Shown here one piece after another: positions 25,530 to 38,777 of a stretch of DNA of 64,000 bases; position 1 is the first letter of the stretch; each line of letters opens with the position of its first letter. Under the pieces are notes generated by a model, which made no database searches, was not told the origin of the DNA, and saw only the letters and a list, made by a program, of their open reading frames with translations. Position numbers and translations under genes: made by a program. Origin of the DNA: the human T2T-CHM13v2.0 reference genome, Homo sapiens; NCBI RefSeq assembly GCF_009914755.1, contig NC_060927.1; one strand, 5' to 3'.

Positions 25530-28500
25530 TTTATCCCTTTTGATCAAAGTCCTTCTCCAAAAGTATCACTAATAAGTCATCCCTTTGTTAGGATTTGATG
25601 TCCCTCAGTGTGTGGATGGGCCTATTCTAGTTGACTTATCTCACATGGGGAGGAGTGACTGGAAACTAGGAGACAGTGGCCACATTTGAACGACAGTGGC
25701 GATTAGAAAGACTTGTTCTCAGGCTAAGTCTGCCTGGAGCCTATCGTTAAGCTCAGTTTTGTTTGTTCTATAGTCTGTTGTTCTAGCCTCAGAATGCTTG
25801 ACCAGCATTATTTTGTTAGGATTTGTCCCTCTGCAAAAATATAATAAATAATAGATGCAAAGTTAAAAAAGGAAAATACAAACTAAAATTAATAGTAATA
25901 AGACAATTCCAGTTTGTATAATGATTTTGAGCCACAAATCTAGGCTTAAAGACAACTAATTTAATAAATTTAATAAATATAAGGAATTAAGTGAGACCTA
26001 CTGTAACCATGTGGTCTGTTTTCTATTTTCCCAGATGTATTTACCGAAGCACAGCTTTTAGTATTAGCAATAGCATAGACATTTTCTTATTTAACCAATA
26101 GTTAAAAGGACTTTTTAGGTTAGTTTCTGTTAAATTCCAGCAGAAGCTATTGATTGTAACTTTCCATTACACCATTATCCTGTCAAGCAAAAAAGTAGCA
26201 TTAAAAGAGTAAAAGTTTCATTATGATATGAAGCCTTGTCCCAACGTCTGGAAAAGCTGTCTATGGTATGAAAACATCAACTTTTTCTCCTAGTTTGTAG
26301 TTTGAATGACTCTGGTCATGGCACTGGCAGTTTGGTGAACTTTTTGTGTTGTCTATACATCGGACATGAGAATGATCCTTAAAATTTACCTAGTTTCAGC
26401 CTGCAAGGTGTTGGGAAGAGAATAGCTTTTGGTTTTAGTTGTAAAGTTGTACTCAAATATTGGAGGGAATTGGGAGAATTCAGGACCTAGTCCAGTCTAG
26501 AGGTAGATAACAAGAACTTGAAAACAATGCATAGAACCACAATCTAATAACAGCTATATAATAGATATTTTTATGGTAACTTTTTCTATACATATTGATC
26601 CTATAGCAATCTGTTATTTAAAAACGTCTTGAGTCTAGGCAGAATTTAGAATTTACTTACAGTCTTAAGGTTCTTGAGTCTGCCAGGTAGCTACTATTTT
26701 TACTCACTCATTGTAAGGCTGGGAACTCTTGAAACCAGGCATTTTATACACATTATTAAATATGACATTTTAGTTAAAGTCTTGGAAATAGAACTAATGT
26801 TTGTAATTGTACCCTGCTTATTTATAAAGAGAGAGAAAATTTTTATTGAACTTATATAAGTAAAAATACAAATACACATGAATAATTTCTGAAATTGGGA
26901 GGAATCAAGTGGGAGAAAAAGCAAATGCTTGCGTCTTTTTCACAAATGTATACTTTTCCAAATTGTTAAAAACTACAGATAGCTTATGAGAGAAAATTTT
27001 CTTAAATCTGGAAAACAAAACATTTAAGTAAAGAATCAAAAATATTTTAAATAAAAGTCATAAAAATTTTATCTTCATCAGTTTCTTAATTTTATGCAAT
27101 TATTAAATTTGATTTTAATTAGCAGTTTTTATGAACCCATGAGTTTCTTCACTAGAATTCTAGAAATATTTATTTAGTCCATTGATCTTAAAATTTTCAG
27201 ATATCTGTGTTCAAGACTACTTGTTAGAGCCTTTTCCATGAAAAACATTTTTGGACTATCGCTGATTGCAAATATTTTTACAGAAGAATTCAAAACAATA
27301 ACTGTGGATGACAAACAGAATAACCATTTTAAAATATGATGAAAGCTCTCAATTGGCAAGGAAATTTAATTACTTGCATTACATGTGGCATTTTAAGATG
27401 AGATCCAGAATCAGACAGCATCACATCAGAACCATCAGACTTTTATAAATTTCATATAATTTTTAGAATCCTCCATTAATAACATATTTATATGAACATA
27501 ACTTTAGAAAAGATTTAATATAACAATCAAAAGTATGACAAAACATTCAATTTTTATAAGTTTATGTAATTTCTGGGACATTTATATCAGTAACTTATTC
27601 AGAAATGTAATATAAGGCAAATCTAATATGACTTATCATTTATCTATGGCTCTCATACAGTTTACCAAATAAGTCCTACAATTTAACATATCTGCATGAT
27701 GAGAGGTACATACTTCAAAGCTATCCAGGGACCCAACTAAAATACCCTACCATGAAGTTTATGCCAAAAAGACTTAATATAGGATTTTGATTCTGAAGGT
27801 ACCTATCGAAAATGTCAAAAGGCCCAAAACACTTGATCAAAAAAGAATCACAGGTCATGTTAAAAAAATAGCTATTCATTTAATCAGAATAATAATCAAA
27901 ACACTTCTAAAGCAATACAGAAAGTTATATGGATGTAAAAACATTATCCCTATTATAATTTGGATTTCTTAATTAAAACTTAATAAAGACAATACAGGAA
28001 TTATCTTGATAAAACATAAAATTGTTGTTTTTAGTTTGTTTGTTTGTTTTTCTTTTTAGGCCAGCCTCCATAAAAATAAAGAAAAACATACTACAATGTG
28101 ATTGTTTTTCTTTAAGGGAAGTCCATTTTGATAACCTGGGAGTCAAACCTGATAAAAAGGGTACTTGAATTTAATCAGACACAGGTAGAGTGTATCCAGC
28201 ATTATGAGTTAAACTATATTATAAAGGAATGTTAAAACAAACAAATTAGTACCTTGAGTAGGAAAATACATGGATTTCAGTAACAGCATGGGAATTTTCC
28301 AGGTTACATTAAATAATTCAGGCATATTTTAAAAATCCAAGTGTATGGAAACAAGTTAAACTGGAGAAAAACACTGGTTTTCTAGACCTTCAAGATAAAC
28401 ATTTCAGCATCAGGCCATAAAAGCAGAGTTAGAGCCAGAGAAAAAAAGGTTACAGGAGTTGATGAAAAGATTGAAGGAGAGAGGAATTACCCTAGCCAAC

Positions 28501-30599
28501 CAAAGAGACATACCTTTTAAAGGGGAGAAAAATAAAACAGAAGGCAGTGACTTATGACCTGCAAATCACATGCAGTGAGATACAACAAAATTTGAACTTC
28601 TGAAATATAAAGCTCAAAAGTTTCAAAAATATAAATTTTACCTCAAGAAGTACAATTATCAGTCTGAATGAAAAAGACAGTATTTCCAGTGTGAAACCAG
28701 GGAAATGGTTTAAATCTCAGAAAAAAATAGAAACTGTATGTAATTTAGAAGATGATTGTTATAAAGAAACAGATTTCAGAATCAAAAATCAATACCTTTT
28801 GTAACTTTACTAACAGCAAATTAATATCTTAAGAAAACCTTGTTGTTCTAACATAAGGACCTTCTGTAAAAGTTTTTGTGTTAGTTCATTTTTAATGTCA
28901 AAGCTCAAATTTTACAGACTTAAATAATTTTTTTTATTACAGCCAACTTGACACACAAAATTCCTTTAATAAATTCTATTTTCATGAACCTTATCATAAC
29001 TTACTCAGAATGTTGGCAACACACTTAAAATTTCTTCTTTATCCTATACTTCCTCTTTCCAAAAAAATAAAATAGTCATTTTGTTTTAGAACAAAATTTA
29101 CCATACCAGTTTCTTTCTCATACAAAATTATTCTCTCTTCTAATCAATTTTCCTTGCCAAGAATGCATCTTAATCTTCATAACTTTCTTCACATCTCTTT
29201 CTCCTACTTCCTGGTTTATTTTTATCTTGTTTCTATTTTCTTCATAAACCCATAGTCTGAAGCAACATTAAATTTCCTTTAAATTAGATAAAAATGCTTT
29301 TCTATCAAAAAAGAAAGCATTTTTATGTCGTTCCTAATTTTTTTATTAAAAACAACTTAGGTGTATGTGCACTTATATATAGAACTGTTTATATATGTTA
29401 GGATTTTAAACTCTTAATAACCTTAAACTTTAATGAAAACCTAGGAATCAAGCAATCTTGAATTATCTGCCCATACATGAGTATTTTATAGATGAGGACG
29501 ATTTTATATTTTTTAGAAACATGTTTCTTCATAACATAATTTTACGTATATTAATTGACTCAAATATATTTAGTCTTTCTACAAACATTAAGAAGGCAAA
29601 AACAAAGTTATATTTACAGTCAGTATTTTTTTTAATCTTATTTAGATATGACCCAGACATTTAATTAGTATCTATTATTAAACATAACTTAAATATTTCA
29701 AATTATATGAAAAGTTCATTTATAGATATTTGCCACATTTACATTCATCTAATTTATTTATTTTTAACAGTTACCTCTATTACTTATAAAAACCAAGACA
29801 TTAGACAATGATAGTCCTCACTTCTAGTTATTTCCTTGTTAACCATTTTTATAGCCCATGACTATCTGGTGTTTACCTAAATAAAAAAATCTTAAGTTAA
29901 ATATGTGGTTATTTTGCTGACAAATCTGAACATACAGCTGGCTTCATCAAACCAACAATATTAAATTAATTTTATCGAAAAAATTCACAAATATTCTGTT
30001 TTATACGGGTTTTATAGTTTTTATAACCTTTGTATAAAACCCTGACATTTGAAAATACCTAGCAGAAACAAATATAAAACTACCAGTAAATCCAGGCAAA
30101 ACTGTATGCTGGCAAATTTGAAGATGTATCTATTTTTATGTTATGAATAATTTAAAAACCAACTAATTTATTAAATATTTGCTTAATTAACATGACAAAA
30201 AGACATTTGGGTTAATTATATATTTTATATGAGCACTCATTTGTCTTTAGCATAGTCAGAATACATAACATGATACATGTACATATGCATAAACAAGTCT
30301 AAACACACACACACACAAAGATCTTATAGCTTCATTTTAAAATTTTAGACATGAGCTAGTAATACAACAAATACATTAGTTTATAAGAGACAGTTGAATC
30401 CAAATTGTATTTCAGACAAAATTGGAACTAGTTCACATAACTAAACATTTTTAGCCCCAATATGTAACCTAACAAAGGTTGTGGACCAAAACTTTGGGTA
30501 AAGCATTTCCCATGGCAGTTTGATTTTACAAACAAACAAACAAGCAAAAAACCTCTTCTCTTATTTTCTTGCACCATTTTTAGTTTCAAATGTGTTTAA

Positions 30600-30896
<297 letters not shown>

Positions 30897-31409
30897 GTGT
30901 TTAGGGTTAAAATTTTAGTGTTCACATTTTAGCTAGGACTAGCTGAATTTTATAAGATAAACAAAATATCCAAGTAGTCTTGAATTAGAGACAAATGTGT
31001 CTGTTATTTGCTTTCTGATTTGCTTGATTAGCAAATTCAAGTAGAAAAGAATTTTAGCGGTTTCTTTTTCTTTTCTTTCTTTCTTTTTTTTTTTTTTGGA
31101 CTTTTCACTTTTGGCCTTTCTGTGGCAGAAAAAAGAAAAATATTTTTATGCATGACTGAGACAACTTATGTGATTGATTTCAACTGAAGATTTTGATCTG
31201 TTTAATTGGAGATCCAACTTTTTAAAACATTTTTCCTAGTTCTTTTTTTGATCATTAATTATTCAATTATGTTCTATCATCACATGCAATTGTTAGTCAA
31301 GCAAATCTAAAATTACATTTCTAACGGGTGTTCAATTTGTTGGCTATCATGGAGCTGTCAGAATTTGTAAAAAACCATTAATTTTAAAGCCCTTTAAGAT
31401 TTCCTTTGA

Positions 31410-31525
31410 AGTATATATAAATATATATTAAATTATATTTATTTATCAATTTATATATTTATAAATATATTTACATATTTATAAATAAGTTTTAAAATAA
31501 AATATTTTATTATACATATATATAT
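31410..31525. repeat. AT-rich low-complexity / (TA)-rich tract
   Basis: Almost exclusively A/T. Confidence 0.85.
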
Positions 31526-31647
31526 CTCCAACCCCGGGACTCAAGGGCCCACCTCAGCCTCCTGAGTAGCTGGGATCACAGCATATGCCAACACACTCAA
31601 CTAATTTTTGTATTTTTTTGTGTAGATGGGGTTTTGTCATGTTGCCA
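31526..31647 (-). mobile_element. Internal AluJ-like fragment truncated at both ends
   Basis: cccacctcagcctcctgagtagctggga...ctaatttttgtattttt...gatggggttttgtcatgttgcc. Confidence 0.85.
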
Positions 31648-31737
31648 TATATATATATATATATGTATATATGTGTATATATATGTATATATGTATACAT
31701 ATATACCCACATATTATATATACATACACACGTGCAC

Positions 31738-31769
<32 letters not shown>
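31648..31769. repeat. Compound (TA)/(TATG)/(GA) microsatellite
   Basis: Read directly from the sequence. Confidence 0.9.
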
Positions 31770-32686
31770 GCTGCAATGCCATAAACAGTGAATTTTATTT
31801 CAATGCCATTAGAAAAGTCAGCAGATTCAAAGTAGACAGAAAAAATACAGAGACCTAGATAGAGAACTTAGAAGACTCTGCATGTTAACTCTATAGCTGC
31901 TAATTTTTCTAGTAATTACTATTTGAGCTCTGAATTTTCCTTGATGTAATTTGCCCACCAGTTTAAAAGTATTCCCACAAACAAACCATAAAATGTAGTC
32001 AGCTGGAGCCTCAGAAAACCTGGCATTTCTTAATGTTTGAGAATCCCATTCCATTTCTTATTAATCTCACAAATACCAAAAATAAAAATTATATAAATTT
32101 TGTCAGGGAATGTCAGGAGTTTAGACTGGTGTTTTAGATTGTGACAATTGTCCTAGTAGCTTTAAATTAGCTATCCTGCATTTACTATTTTGAATGTTTA
32201 TTTTTGCTCTCATAAGACTTTCAGAAACAAGCAAGGGAAAAGAGTCAAACAGAACTCAGTGAAACCAAAATAAGGATAAGCACAAAAATTTTAACCTAGG
32301 TGTGCAGATCAACAAAATATTAAACCAGATGCACAGTCTAGACTGAAATTACTCACCAGAAGACATACCTTAAAGACAGAATGTAAGACCTATAGAAATA
32401 AGACTACTCAATTAGAAAGATCCTTATCTTTATACCAGAAAGGAATAAGCAGAAAAGACAAAACATCTTTTATCATCCCTGGAGGAATATACCATTCCTT
32501 ATTAAGGTAGCCTTATCCAAATAAGATTCCCCAACTTATATCAAAAAGCCTCTACCAAAAGGGCGAAGGCTGAACCTAGAAGATTTGCAAGGCCAGACAC
32601 GGTGAAGCATGGAAGCAGAGGCTCAAGTTACTCCTTCACGCTAATTCCAAGAATTGCCAATTTCTTCTTATAGTGATCTTATTCAG

Positions 32687-32704
32687 GTCCCATTTCAGAT
32701 ACCA
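32687..32704 (-). promoter_or_regulatory. Degenerate retroviral primer-binding site, tRNA-Leu-like
   Basis: Minus strand tggtatctgaaatgggac versus TGGTGTCAGAAGTGGGAT (complement of the tRNA-Leu 3' end), 14/18 match, 6 nt from the 5' LTR. Confidence 0.65.
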
Positions 32705-32710
32705 TATATA

Positions 32711-33102
32711 TGACAAAACAAATAACGAACAAAAAGATGGTCTCTGAAAGGAAACACATTTATCTGGCAATAGAGCATTGGAATAAGAATATGCATGCCA
32801 TAGTAAACTATGTATAGAAAGGTAAAAAAGACCAAGGTTTTTAAAGGACAAAATAAGAAAGATTACATAATTATTTTTGAAATAATTATCTTTGCCTACA
32901 GAGATAAATAACAAGGATGACAGCAGTCTGAGGTTGAGCAGGCAATTTCTGGGCAGATGTCATTGTAGAAGTTTCGCTTTTTGTGGTCTTTTTCACTATC
33001 AGGCATACAAGTGTGAGGACTCTCTTCATGATCTTCCTTGGCTCTATTTCTGAGGTTTTTCTCAACATTAGTGATTCCATTTTTATTTTCACTGCTTTTA
33101 TG
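32711..33102 (-). mobile_element. MER65-like ERV1 LTR (5' LTR of provirus)
   Basis: Homologous to 25104-25529 (aataacaagg, tatcaggcatacaagt, cttccttggctc, aacattagt). Confidence 0.8.
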
Positions 33103-34142
33103 GCATAACTGAGAGAAAACACCAATAGATTAGAGTTGTATTTGATTTAAAATCTATTTGTTATCTCTCTTCTAGGGAGGAAAATAATTGGTTTGGATTT
33201 GAAATTCAAAGAAAGGCTCTTACCTGCCTCACTTAAACTTGAATTTTGCAAAATTAGTTTGAAAAATACTTGAATTTCAATTCATTGTAACATAGTTTAA
33301 AATGCACTTTCAAATTAGCTTTATTAGTAAGTTTTAAATAATATTCTTAGTCCAACTTTCACTATAATTTTGAAGCCTCATTTCTTTTAATGCTTATACA
33401 CGTATGCTGTAATGTAACACTATCCATAATGGTTTGAAAGCAAATTTGAATTACACTAGACAAATAAATTTCTTTAAATAGTTTGTTTTTGTTATGTTTA
33501 TTCTAATGACATATTTTAGCTTTTTGTCTTAATTGATTTAAAATAAGAATTTTGAAAATAGAAAAGAAAGCACACATACACAGAGATTTTGAATCTCATA
33601 GTTAAACATTGTGATTTTGATTAGAACTTGGCATCTTCTACTATATTGGAAAGCAGAAGGATGCTACAGTATTTTATTTTCAAGATAATAATTGGAAATG
33701 TATTTGAGCACTCAGCTAGAACTTTAATATTGTTTCAATTTTGGTCAATGAGGAAGTTCATTCTCCTTTGCTGACTTAATGAGTGGAAACCAAGGGGCAT
33801 CAGAAGGATAATACAAAGTGAATCTTGCACTCAAAATATCATGCTGTACATGGCAAACACATGTAATTTTATCTGTCTATTTAAAAATACTTCAAAAACT
33901 TTATTCTAAGAAAACATATTTTGATTAAAAGAAAACTGTAAGGAAGCCATAAATTTTCAACTATATATTTGTATATTCTGTGGCTTCCTTAGATATGTAT
34001 TTATAAATATATATAATACATATAATATCTACTACATAAACATATATTTATTATATATGTATAATGTATATGTATATAACATAGACTAGGTAAACATAAT
34101 ATGCATAATATGTAAGCATATTATATGAATCACTTTTTTTTT

Positions 34143-34656
34143 TGTATTTTATGTTTTGACATCTTGCTAATCCTAAAAACACTGCCACTCCCATAACTAG
34201 CTAATTCCTAGAAAGAGCAAATGACTTTAATGGGAGCATAAACTTCATATGCAAATCAACCAATTCAGATCTCATATTGGCCAACTACCCTCTTTCTTCA
34301 GCTCTCAGAGGTTGAGCCACTATCTTCCTTGCCTAATATCACTTCAGGGCCAGGTAACAGACAATTCATGACAACTCCTACCCCCTACAGCCCACTAATG
34401 CTATTTGAAACTGGCTAATTCTAAATCTTGTTACCATGCCTTGCCATCCCCACAGAAAGCACAAGAAAGTCTCCTGTCCACACTTTTCCCTCATTCCTTC
34501 TTCCTCCTGACTGACCCTGGCGTGTCTCTGTGTGGCCTTGTGTGGCATAGTGTGCCCCCTGCTCCTGGGAACTGTGAAACTATCTTTTCAGCAACAATCA
34601 TCTCCTCATCTGTTGGCCTCAGCAAACTTGAGTAATAAGTTCTACATGTTAAAACA
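34143..34656 (+). mobile_element. MER74A-like ERVL solo LTR
   Basis: ctagctaattcctagaaa...catatgcaaatcaaccaat...agggccaggtaacagacaa...ctcctgactgaccctgg...ctgttggcctca...ttaaaaca. Confidence 0.8.
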
Positions 34657-34889
34657 CATATATGTATATGTATTTGTGTGTGTCTGTATTGTGTACATAT
34701 ATCTACTGTTAGAGTTTTTATGTTATAATTTAACCATTGTATCACTATTTTTTCCATTAATCAATAAGATTTTATCTATATTTAAGAAACAACCTAGTCT
34801 TACAAAATGGATTAATTGTTTCATGAGTTTTGGCCTTCTAAAATATCAGTAAATGCCAATGAAAATGATTTCAAGTATTTATAGGCTTC

Positions 34890-35070
34890 AATAGTATATA
34901 TATATATATATTATATATAGTGTATATATAGTATATACAGTGTGTATATATACCATATATAGCGTGTATATATAGTATATATAGTGTATATATAGTATAT
35001 ATAGTGTGTATATATATAGTATATGTATACTATAAGGCTTCTATATATATATTTGCTATAAAATATATAT
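34890..35070. repeat. (TA)-rich degenerate minisatellite (tatatatag/tgtatatatag units)
   Basis: Read directly from the sequence. Confidence 0.9.
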
Positions 35071-35329
35071 AGAAGTTACAAATAGAAATAAAATAATTTT
35101 AAACTCATTTTTTTGAAAGATTGCACTGTTCCACTAAGGATTAAGATGAGAATTTAGGTCAATAATCAAGTTTCCATTATATAATCCAAGCATTTCCTAA
35201 GAGATAAATAACTTTAGAAGCTTTTGTAATTCTTTCAAGCTCTATTTATATGAATTGATTTCTCCACTTGAATCTCAAGGAGGCATATGGATCATAACAT
35301 GTCTTGCTTTCACGCTCACTCTCCATCAG

Positions 35330-35720
35330 CTGGCACCACCATTCTTTCATATCCTAGGGCAAAAAAAAAATGGAGCAATATTGCTTACTTTCTTTCCACG
35401 ACAATACACCTACAATTATAAAATACATCTTTTTTACCAAAATAAACGTTAGAAAGATTGCCACAATTTCTTAGGACCTATATTATTTTCACATTTGTCC
35501 AAACCACTAGTTTTTAAAATATTTTCTCCAAACTAAATTATTGCAATAACTTTTGTCCAGCCCCTACAACATTCTTCTAACAAAGGCAGCAAGAATAAAT
35601 TGGAACATTTTACTCACCTGCTAAAATTTCTATAAAATTTAAACTCCTTGTCAAGAAATGCAAGGCATTGTACATCCTCAGCTCGCGATTCAGCTACACC
35701 CTCCTTTACTTCATCTGCCT
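35330..35720 (+). mobile_element. L2 relic
   Basis: ttattgcaataac...gcagcaaga...tcacctgctaaaa...aaactccttg...caaggc pattern. Confidence 0.4.
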
Positions 35721-37398
35721 TGGCAGGTCTGGAGTAGTCTTGGTAGTCAAGTGAGAAAAACTTCTAATAAAATTAGCAACCATAATATGGATTCAGCAAT
35801 GATGCTAGAATATGAGATTGGAATTTAAATTTTACTGTCAACTTCTTGCGAAGGTTCAAGCATTTTCTTAGAAATGTTGTATCTAGTTATACCGGAACAG
35901 AAATAATATTTTGGCATGTTAAAAAAAATTTTTTATCCTTCTAAATTTATCATCACTAGGTTTCCCTTGGCTTTCATATCAAGATCAAGCTTGATCAACT
36001 CAGACTCTAGCATTACTTCAGTAGTGTAGAATTATATATTATGTCATATATATAAGAAGATATAACATGTATTATAAATAATTGACATTTGGTAAAGATT
36101 CAATCATTTAGCTATATTTAAATTGTGGATAGAATTTAAAACATTGCACATTTAAAATGACTAGTGAGTTATATAATTATTTATAATATATATGATTTAT
36201 AGATTATATATAATTAATTATATATTACCTATTTTTCCAGTGGCCATAAAAGATGAGAAAAGAGAAAGGCTGAAGATGTGTGGGGAAAGTAAAGAATTCC
36301 ATAGGTAATAATAAAATGTGTATTAATTTTTCTGCTTGCTTAGCCAAACTCCCAAAGGGACAAGGAGAAAAGATAGATAGAACAAGGATAAAATCTCAAG
36401 TTGAGAGATTTTATTTCCTACCTCCTTTCTGGGGACATCTGGCACTGTGAATTTCCAAGATGCAGACTTGAGCACCATGTTCCAGAAACATGGTTGGTGA
36501 TAGGTAAACAAGGAATTTTCAGACTCAAGGTCCCAGAAGACAATACATTCTTCTGATGCAACCAACATAATAGCTAAATAATTGAGAGAATCTACACCAT
36601 ATGCCAAATTGGTATAGGCTTGTACTTGTCAAGGGGTAGTGAGATCCATCTACTCTAATTTTTAATCAACTAATGATACTTTACAGTTGTTTAATAGTAG
36701 AAACAACATAAAGAATGGGGGACATAAAAATATGATATGAAATCATAGTAAGAAAAAAACAATGGTAATATTGAAAACAATTGGATGCTTTGAGATTTAA
36801 TAGAGGTCAAATTGGAAATGATCTTCTTTGGAAACACAATGTAATGCAATCATATGCAAGAAATAAGTTGGTAAAATTTATGTAGAGTTACATAAATCTA
36901 ATTTTCTTTGATTTTTCCAGTGAAAATTAAAAACTAGACCTTTAGCCTCTTAGCCCATTTTCCTATTTTGTTCTTTTCTAGTTTTGTTCTGTGCTATTTT
37001 TAAACTTTTTGCTTCAATTGATTTTATATATTCTAGGAAATGATTTCCAATGTTTGTAAAATTTGAAATGTTAATAGAAATTTTATGAAACTAAAAATGT
37101 GAATATATTTATCAGTTAGCCACAAATCTAATATTTGACTATTTTAAATTTGATTTTAATTGGCTTGCATTTTCTTAATATCCCAGAGTTTAGGTCAGTC
37201 ATCATTTTCATGTTAAAAATAAAATGTTAAAATAAAAAGATTAATGAAATATTACTTTAATTCAAACAACATACCATTTCACCAAAATAATTGTCTCAAC
37301 AATGCCTGGTTAATTTAAACTAGTTTTGCTCATTCACTAAGAAACATAGTAGAAATGCATGTGAAATATCAGATATAAAGTATTATCATTTGAGATTA

Positions 37399-37727
37399 CA
37401 GTCATCCCTCAATATCCGAAGAGCATTGGTTCCCAAACTCTCCCAGTACCACAATCCACAGATGCTCTGGTTCCTTCTATAAAATGGCAAAGTATTTGTA
37501 TATAATCTGTGCACATCCTCTTATATACTTTAGATAATCTCTAGATTACTTATAAGACCTCATGCAATGCCTACACATCACCTCATTTATGTGAATTTAA
37601 TGCAGTAGTGGGTGGGAAATTTTAGTTCTGCTCTTTGAAACTTTGTGGGATATATTTTTCAAATATTTTCAATCCAGGTTTGATTGAATCCATGAACGTA
37701 AAACCCATAGATGTAAAAGACAGACTG
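37399..37727 (+). mobile_element. MER2/MER2B TcMar-Tigger MITE, complete
   Basis: Terminal inverted repeats cagtc...gactg flanked by TA on both sides; ataaaatggc...tatttgtatataatct...tctctagattacttata core. Confidence 0.85.
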
Positions 37728-37864
37728 TATATCCTTATTTTATTAAAAGTTTAAGAGGTTGTCCATATTTTTCATAACATTTTGTAGAAATATAAAAGCC
37801 CATAATGGCATAATAAAAGAGGAACTATTCATTCTTTAGATTTAGTAAATAACAAAGCTTAGAA

Positions 37865-38027
37865 GTGATTTGGTGCTTCACTATTAAAAGTATAAGAAAC
37901 ATCTGCACCAATCCTGGGACTTGTCTGAAATCCAGAAAATCAGGCCCCACCATGAATCTTCTAAAAATAATCTGCATTTTAACAAGATCTTGAGGTAATT
38001 TTCATGTGGTTACATGTGGAAAAGTAT
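37865..38027. mobile_element. MER5A-like hAT-Charlie relic
   Basis: tcaggccccacc...aatctgcattttaacaagatc...ggtaatt. Confidence 0.6.
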
Positions 38028-38196
38028 TATAAGGAAAGAAGTGATGGGAAGATGAAAAGAGGAGGAGTAGGTATAAATTGGATGTTCTGAGAGGGCCTGC
38101 ATGGAACTCTTAGTTCACTGTTTTCTGAGTAGTGCAGGCTAACCAAGAGAGGAGCAGGTACCCACTCTGTGTGTTAGTATCAGAACTTTATGTCTC

Positions 38197-38777
38197 TGGC
38201 TAACAGTGGAAATTAATTCCCCATGGCTAAGGAGGTGCAAAAAGTTAAAACAGAACCAGGGAGCCATGATTTGGTGAGCAAACAGTCACATACTCTGGGA
38301 TCTCAGAAAGATGTTATAAATGTATCACAGGGCCTTCCTCTCTAAAATGGCGCTAAACCAGTTCCTGATGGCTGTGCCAACATAAACTCTGGCCAGAAAT
38401 TCCCTGCCTATCCACCATCTGAAATAAACATCTGATAAAGGTATTTGAGTTTGGGCTTGGAAACCAACCCATCAGAGCTCACCTACCTGGGCCAATCGAA
38501 GCTCAGATGTATCAACCAATCAGGGTTCAGCTACATTGACCAGTAACAATTTAGCTGTACCAACCAATCAGAACTTAGATAGTTTCAATCCTTCATTTGC
38601 ATCAACAGACCTGTTTGGGAACCTGAGAAGGAACTTTTGCTATAAAACCCATATGCTCTCTTTGTTCTCTGGAATATAGCTTTGTTTTGCACTGAAGGCT
38701 GTCTACCCAGTTGGCAAACTGTTCACTAGAATTAATTTTCTTTCCTCCAATTTTTTTTCAGACAGATTTTGGTCTCA
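38197..38777 (+). mobile_element. ERVL-class solo LTR (MER76-like) with retained promoter motifs
   Basis: taacagtggaaattaattccccatgg start; CCAAT-repeat block, ATTTGCAT, TATAAAA; ends ...ggtctca. Confidence 0.7.
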
